DNA of 32,000 nucleotides, taken from Candidatus Saccharimonadota bacterium (lineage in GTDB: Bacteria; Patescibacteriota; Gracilibacteria; UBA1369; 2-02-FULL-48-14). The notes under the pieces are model-generated. The model was given only the letters and a program-made list of their open reading frames with translations, had not been told where the DNA came from and did no database searches. Shown here piece by piece: positions 24,355-32,000 of this stretch. The DNA lies in the NCBI GenBank assembly GCA_016699145.1, contig CP064962.1, positions 180,001 through 212,000 of the forward strand, in the 5' to 3' direction. The translations under genes and the position numbers were made by a program. Position 1 is the first letter of the stretch. The number at the start of each line of letters is the position of its first letter.

Positions 24355-26169
24355 TTAAACGTCCTTCCTAAGAACGGCAAGAAAAGCCTTTTGAGGCACC
24401 TCCACTTTCCCAAACATCTTCATGCGTTTTTTTCCTTTCTTCTGTTTTTCAAGAAGCTTATTTTTACGAGAAACATCTCCACCATACAAATAGCCCGTCA
24501 CATCTTTTCTATAAGCTGCAATGGTTTCACGAGCCAAAATCTTGGCCCCCACCGCCGCCTGAATGGGAATTTCAAATTGAGCTTTAGGAATGATTTCTTT
24601 CAAGCGCTTGCACACCGCCCTCCATGACGAAAAGCCTCGCTACGATGAATGATGATGGAAAGCGCATCCATGCGTTCATGATGCACCAAAAAGTCGAGCC
24701 GTACCAAGTCTTCAGTGCGGTATTCTAAAAATTCATAGCTCATGGAAGCATACCCAGCCGTTAAACTCTTGAGTTCGTCATAAAAATCCACCACCAGCGA
24801 AGCCAGCGGCACTTCATAGTGCAGACTCACTCGTTTTTCATCCAGGTAAACCACATTTTTTGAAATCCCGCGACGATCCGCCAGCATCTGCATGAGTGCC
24901 CCCATGTATTCTGTGGGGGGTGAGCACTTCCACCTTCATCCAAGGTTCCAAAATCGCATCCACATGGGCAGGCTCAGGGAGCTGTGCAGGACTCGAAATA
25001 GTGATCATTTCACCATCTGTTTTTTTTACTTGGTAAGACACGCTCGGCGCCGTAATCACCAAATCGAGACCATACTCCCTTTCCAGACGCTCTTGCACAA
25101 TGTCCATGTGTAAAAGTCCCAAAAATCCACAACGAAAACCCGAACCCAAAGCCGAAGATTGCTCCGGTTCAAAAGTCAGGGAGGAATCGTTCATGCTCAA
25201 TTTTTCCAGCGCATCTCGTAGCAGCGGGTATTCATCTGTATCGGTACAAAACACACCTGCAAAAACGAAGGGCGTCACACGCTTGTAACCGGGCAACGGC
25301 ACCGGCTTCATTTCATCGCGCAAATGCCAATCTTCGTGCCGCCATACCGTGTCCCCCACACGCACATCTCCAACTGTTTTCATTCCTGTAACAATATAGC
25401 CCACCTCTCCCGCAAAAATTTCAGGCAAAGCTTGGTATTTGGGTTTGAAACAACCCACTTCTGTGATTTCGGTTTCGGCCTTGGTGTTTAAAAGTTTCAC
25501 ACGATTTCCACGCTTGAATGAGCCACTCATGAGGCGAACATAAGCCACAATGCCTTTGTAAGGATCGTAAATCGAATCAAAAATGAGGGCTCGCGTTTCC
25601 TTCGGAGCATCCTTCAATTGAGGGGGCGGCACTTTTTCAACCACCAACTCCAATAATTTATCGACATTGGTCCCTTCTTTGGCAGAAATACACAAAATCT
25701 CAGAAGCCGGAATTCCAAGCGCATTTTCAATTTCACGGCTGCGCCCCTCCACATCCGCCGCAGGCAGATCGATTTTATTCAGCACAGGGATGATTTCCAA
25801 GTTATGTTCCAGAGCCATGTAACAATTGGCCAAGGTTTGCGCTTGAATGCCTTGCGTAGCATCCACGACTAAAATTGCCCCTTCACAGGCGGCAAGCGAG
25901 CGAGAAACTTCGTAAGAAAAGTCCACATGCCCGGGGGTGTCGATGAGGTTCAATTGATACTCCTCACCTTTGTAGTTCCAGTTCATCCGCACGGGCTGAA
26001 GTTTAATGGTGATGCCTCGTTCCTGTTCAAGTTCCATGGTGTCGAGCATTTGACCGTGCTTCATTTCTCGTTCTGTCAGGGTGCCCGTCACCTCCAAAAA
26101 ACGATCCGCCAAGGTGGATTTACCATGGTCAATGTGTGCAATGATACAAAAATTACGGATGTTTTTCAT
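24355..26169 (-). pseudogene. lepA: elongation factor 4 (LepA), split into three ORFs by two frame breaks
   Basis: The GTPase motifs are present: [28 protein letters not shown]. The middle piece [14 protein letters not shown]... and the C-terminal LepA_C piece ([23 protein letters not shown]) lie in other frames. The breaks are at G6/C6 24915-24920 and near 24618-24626. Confidence 0.85.
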
Positions 26170-26245
26170 GCGGAGGGAGTGTAGCAACAGCTTGGACGAG
26201 AAACAAGCACACCCGAGCCCAACCCTTTCTTTTCCATACTTTTTC

Positions 26246-26254
26246 TGCTATAAT
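26246..26254 (+). promoter_or_regulatory. candidate extended -10 element TGCTATAAT upstream of the PrgI-like gene
   Basis: The same 9-mer occurs at 7729-7737. It ends 32 nt upstream of the ATG at 26287. No good -35 element is visible. Confidence 0.3.
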
Positions 26255-26286
26255 GAACGGATAAAAAGTGCGTCTAAAAAGAACAA

Positions 26287-26736
26287 ATGCAATACAAAAT
26301 CCCGCAAAACGTACAGATTGAAGACAAAATCGTCGGGCCTCTCACTCTGCGCCAACTCATTTATGCCGGAATCGGCGGTGGACTCACCTATGCCCTTTAC
26401 AGTTATTTCGGGAGCCGTTATTACATGGGCCTTTGGGTCATTTTACCGCTCAGTACAGCCATTTTGACGCTTTTGAGCATTTTCTTTCACCCCAACGGAA
26501 TCACGTTTGGGAAATGGTGCATGCTCACAGTGGAATATTTTTTAATGCCCAATAAACGCACCTTTGTAATGGGAGCCGGAGACACTTACGCCGCCACCTT
26601 GTTTGCTCAAAAAGAAAAAAAAGTGCAAACTAAAACCGAAGACAGCGGCAAGAGCGAACGCGACCACGAACGCCTTCAAAAGATTGGAGAAATTTCCAAA
26701 TTGCTGGATTCTTACGGCAAACCTCAAACCTCATGA
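26287..26736 (+). CDS. PrgI-family (VirB3-like) small membrane protein of Gram-positive/CPR-type T4SS-like loci
   Basis: The N-terminal MQYKIPQNVQIEDKIVGPLTLRQLIYAGIGGGLTYALY is followed by a second TM helix. There is an ATGA overlap with the following VirB4-like ORF. Family assignment is from memory of the N-terminal pattern. Confidence 0.6.
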   Translation: MQYKIPQNVQIEDKIVGPLTLRQLIYAGIGGGLTYALYSYFGSRYYMGLWVILPLSTAILTLLSIFFHPNGITFGKWCMLTVEYFLMPNKRTFVMGAGDTYAATLFAQKEKKVQTKTEDSGKSERDHERLQKIGEISKLLDSYGKPQTS

Positions 26737-27488
26737 CTCCCCCTCCCACCTCTAAAGATTCGGTGAAAGGAACTAAAAAAGACAAGCGCTTCAGCACTCA
26801 GCTTTACTTGAAGGTTTCTGAAATTCGTGACGACGTGGCCATTCTTAAAAACGGTGGGCTTCGCGCCGTACTCAAGACCTCCAGCATCAATCTAAATTTG
26901 AAGTCAGAGGAGGAGCAAAACGCTGTGATTTACTCCTATCAAAACTTTTTAAATTCGCTCGAATTTCCCATCCAAATCGTGATTCGCAGCAAAAAATTAG
27001 ACTTGGAGCATTACATTGAAAAACTCAAAAAAATAGGTGTCAAACAAGGCAATCCTCTCCTGCAAAAACAGACTTTTGAATACATCGAATACATCAGTCG
27101 TCTGGTGGAATACGCCGATATCATGGAAAAACAATTTTACGTGGTGATCCCTCAAGACCCCATTGGGGAAGAACGCCGCAGTTTCATCAAGAGTTTTCTC
27201 GAATCTCTTTTCCCAGGAGACACCGTGGCAAAAATCAAACAACGCCACGCTCAATTCGCTGAGCTAAAAAAACGCATCACTCAACGCATGAACACCGTTC
27301 GTGCCGGGCTTGAAAGCTGTGGCCTTCGTGTGGACCCTCTCACAACCCAAGAACTCATCGGACTCTTTTACGAAACCTACAATCCCCTCACCTCTCGCAG
27401 TCAAAAAGTGGAGCTGGAAGATGAGCTCGCCCTAGAACAAGACCAAGACTCAAAAACCTCCACCGGCACTGCGAGTGTGCCGGGTTGA
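26733..27488 (+). CDS. VirB4/PrgJ/TraC-like N-terminal domain only (no ATPase domain follows)
   Basis: STQLYLKVSEIRDDVAILKNGGLRAVLKTSSINLNLKSEEEQNAVIYSYQNFLNSLEFPIQIVIRSKKLD resembles the N-terminal domain of VirB4-type ATPases. The ORF stops after 251 aa with no Walker A motif, abutting a convergent gene. Confidence 0.55.
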   Translation: MTPPPTSKDSVKGTKKDKRFSTQLYLKVSEIRDDVAILKNGGLRAVLKTSSINLNLKSEEEQNAVIYSYQNFLNSLEFPIQIVIRSKKLDLEHYIEKLKKIGVKQGNPLLQKQTFEYIEYISRLVEYADIMEKQFYVVIPQDPIGEERRSFIKSFLESLFPGDTVAKIKQRHAQFAELKKRITQRMNTVRAGLESCGLRVDPLTTQELIGLFYETYNPLTSRSQKVELEDELALEQDQDSKTSTGTASVPG

Positions 27489-29001
27489 TCATGAACGATT
27501 CGTTCCTCTGGCAAACAAAACCTCTAGATCGAGATTACCCGTACCCTTCCGGTATGGATGTCTTAGTAAACCATGTTTGTTATATTCTTGTCTGAAGAAC
27601 TCCTGCCAAGCTAGGCCACTGTCTTGCATAGCCCTTTCTACTGCAGGGCCACCAAAAAAGTAATAGGCATCACGCATAGGCCTGAGACCCGCTCCATTCA
27701 CAACGAAATTTATACGCTTTTTAATCACATCCTGCTCCCAGTGCTTATAATTTAGTAATGCGCTTGTGATATCATCTTCAGATGCATTGTTGAGATGAAA
27801 TAAAACAGCAATTTCCAAGAAGGAATAGAGCTTTAAGCGATCTAGATTCACCGTTTTATTTAAACCATTGGCCTCGCCAAAACAATGTCCAAAAGCAGTG
27901 GCCCATGCCTCTGATCCCTCCATAGTAAGGGGAAGGCCTCCCCTTTTCACCAGCAGTGTGCTGCAGAGTGTGAGCAAATTCATGCGCAACCAACATGCCA
28001 ATGAGAGGGCGCTTATCTGGAGTCCACAGCTCTGGCTCTGGTAGACGTATAACCCCTTCTTGCTGTGTCCCACTGAGTACCTTTAAGTCAAAATGAACGG
28101 CACCTTTTATTGGTTCTACTCCAAATATCTCACCAACACGATTTCGAATACGATCGACAACTTGCGCCGGTTCCCCAGAGAGTTCATCAGGCAGACAGTC
28201 CTCTCCCAGATTTTTAAGTAACTCGTCTCTGCGAGCGTGTATTAACTCGATCAATCTGCCTGCATCAGGTCGCTGAATACCTCTTGTATCAAAATACTTC
28301 ATTACTCTATCCCTTTGAGCCTCCATTTTCGCAGGGGCTGCCAAAGACTCCCACTTTTTTATGTATTCATCAATGGTCTGACAGTAAGCAGCCCACATGG
28401 GAGGGAACTGATCAGAAACCCCACCATTATCGACCCAAAAGTTGGAAAACGAATTTTTAATGGAGTCAGATTTTAAAGCCTTGAGACGCTTCAATGCATT
28501 AGTTTGCTCCGCTTCTGAAAAGAATCCCTTTCCCAAGAAAATATCTTCTAACGCTTGTAGTGCATCGCGAAAGGCCTGGCCTAGGTGCGATCGAACAATC
28601 TCTAAACGGAAATCCGCATCAAAATGACTCTTGTCAGGATCGCGTCTGTCCAAATAGCTCAAAACTGTTTTGAATCGCGTTGGGTCTCCCAAGCCTGCAT
28701 CAACAGACATTCCACCTCTATCTGTAGAGCCATCTCCCCACCGTGCTAAGCCTTCTTCCAAATACAAACCTTCTTCAGGTAAGAGGCCAGGAGACTCTAG
28801 AAGTTCTTTTACCCTCTCACGATAGGTTTCGATCCGCTCCAAGGACACAGTGGTTCCCATCAACGCTCCTTTAAGTAAAGCTCTAGTTTTTGGGTTATCA
28901 ACATCAACATCAAAATCAGTCAAAAACTGCACTCGAAAAGTCTCCATATCTATGGACTTAATCTGTCTTGCAAAATTGTTGTATTGTGGGAGCCTATCCA
29001 T
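27489..29001 (-). pseudogene. HEXXH zincin-like metallopeptidase (about 500 aa if one frame break is repaired), no closer family recognised
   Basis: HEFAHTLQH is at 27984-27958. After a +1 correction at 27940-27947, the second ORF continues as GGLPLTMEGSEAWATAFGHCFGE. That supplies a Glu about 17-20 residues after HEXXH, as in gluzincins. Confidence 0.55.
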
Positions 29002-29118
29002 TTGAAAATAAGGTTTAGAGTTTGAGCCTATAATGACTACGCTCGCTTATTAAGAGGGGAAGTATAAATACAAAAAACAGATATGTCAAAAAAACGCCCT
29101 CATACAAAAAAGCGACTC

Positions 29119-29238
29119 AGTCCAGGCAACGTCCTACACTCCCACAACTCAGGTTGCAGTACTATCGGCGATGAGAAGCTTAACTGCTGTGTTCGGAATG
29201 GGAACAGGTGTGACCTTCTCTCTAAAATTGCCTGGACC
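29119..29238 (-). rRNA. rrf: 5S ribosomal RNA
   Basis: The reverse complement reads GGTCCAGGCAA...GGTCACACCTGTTCCCATTCCGAACACAGCAGTTAAGC...GTGGGAGTGTAGGACGTTGCCTGGACT. The terminal helix GTCCAGGCAA/TTGCCTGGAC pairs as expected. Confidence 0.9.
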
Positions 29239-29344
29239 AAATCGCTTTTTAAAGTTCTGGAAAACTCGGAAGCGTTTATATAGAAACCTCTTTTTCTGAG
29301 TAGCATTATCTTCTCGGAATGTCATAAAAGTCTGGAAGAAGACA

Positions 29345-32000
<2,656 letters not shown>

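Overview
This is a chromosomal window using the standard genetic code, with mid-range GC by eye. It looks like a small-genome uncultivated bacterium, plausibly Patescibacteria/CPR-like. That placement is inferred from gene content only: a PrgI/VirB4-type remnant, a sigma-region-4 plus HARE-HTH-like protein, and mostly SD-less start codons.

Left to right, the window contains:
- the 3' end of infB
- a sugar-nucleotide and surface-glycan cluster (rfbB, an RmlA-like nucleotidyltransferase, a PfkB kinase, a pyruvyl transferase)
- rnhB, rplS (with a long acidic tail), a wHTH regulator and tig
- two abutting orphan ORFs of 597 and 721 aa
- a compact IS200/IS605 tnpA-only element with both subterminal hairpins
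- a split VKOR plus a thioredoxin-like lipoprotein
- tRNA-His, a sigma4-type HTH protein, a redoxin and an MgtC/DUF4010 membrane protein
- tRNA-Leu and tRNA-Val, the latter followed by a 17-nt duplicate of its own 3' end
- an M23 peptidase, a small 2-TM protein, a 120-aa unknown and HtrA
- 5-formyl-THF cyclo-ligase and glyA
- a HAMP-PP2C phosphatase, a family-5 SBP and lepA
- PrgI plus a VirB4-like N-domain that stops after 251 aa
- a HEXXH protein
- 5S rRNA and a partial 23S rRNA on the minus strand

I found no CRISPR array, reverse transcriptase or defence system that I recognise.

The most interesting items are:
- the orphan ORF pair, joined at an in-phase A_AAA_AAC heptamer
- the T4SS-like remnant abutting an orphan zincin and the rRNA operon
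- the tRNA-Val 3' duplication next to a holin/endolysin-like cassette
- a 17-bp perfect inverted repeat over the htrA 5' region

Major caveat: at least seven reading-frame breaks, mostly at short homopolymers, interrupt conserved genes. Assembly indel error or genome decay must be resolved before any recoding claim is made.
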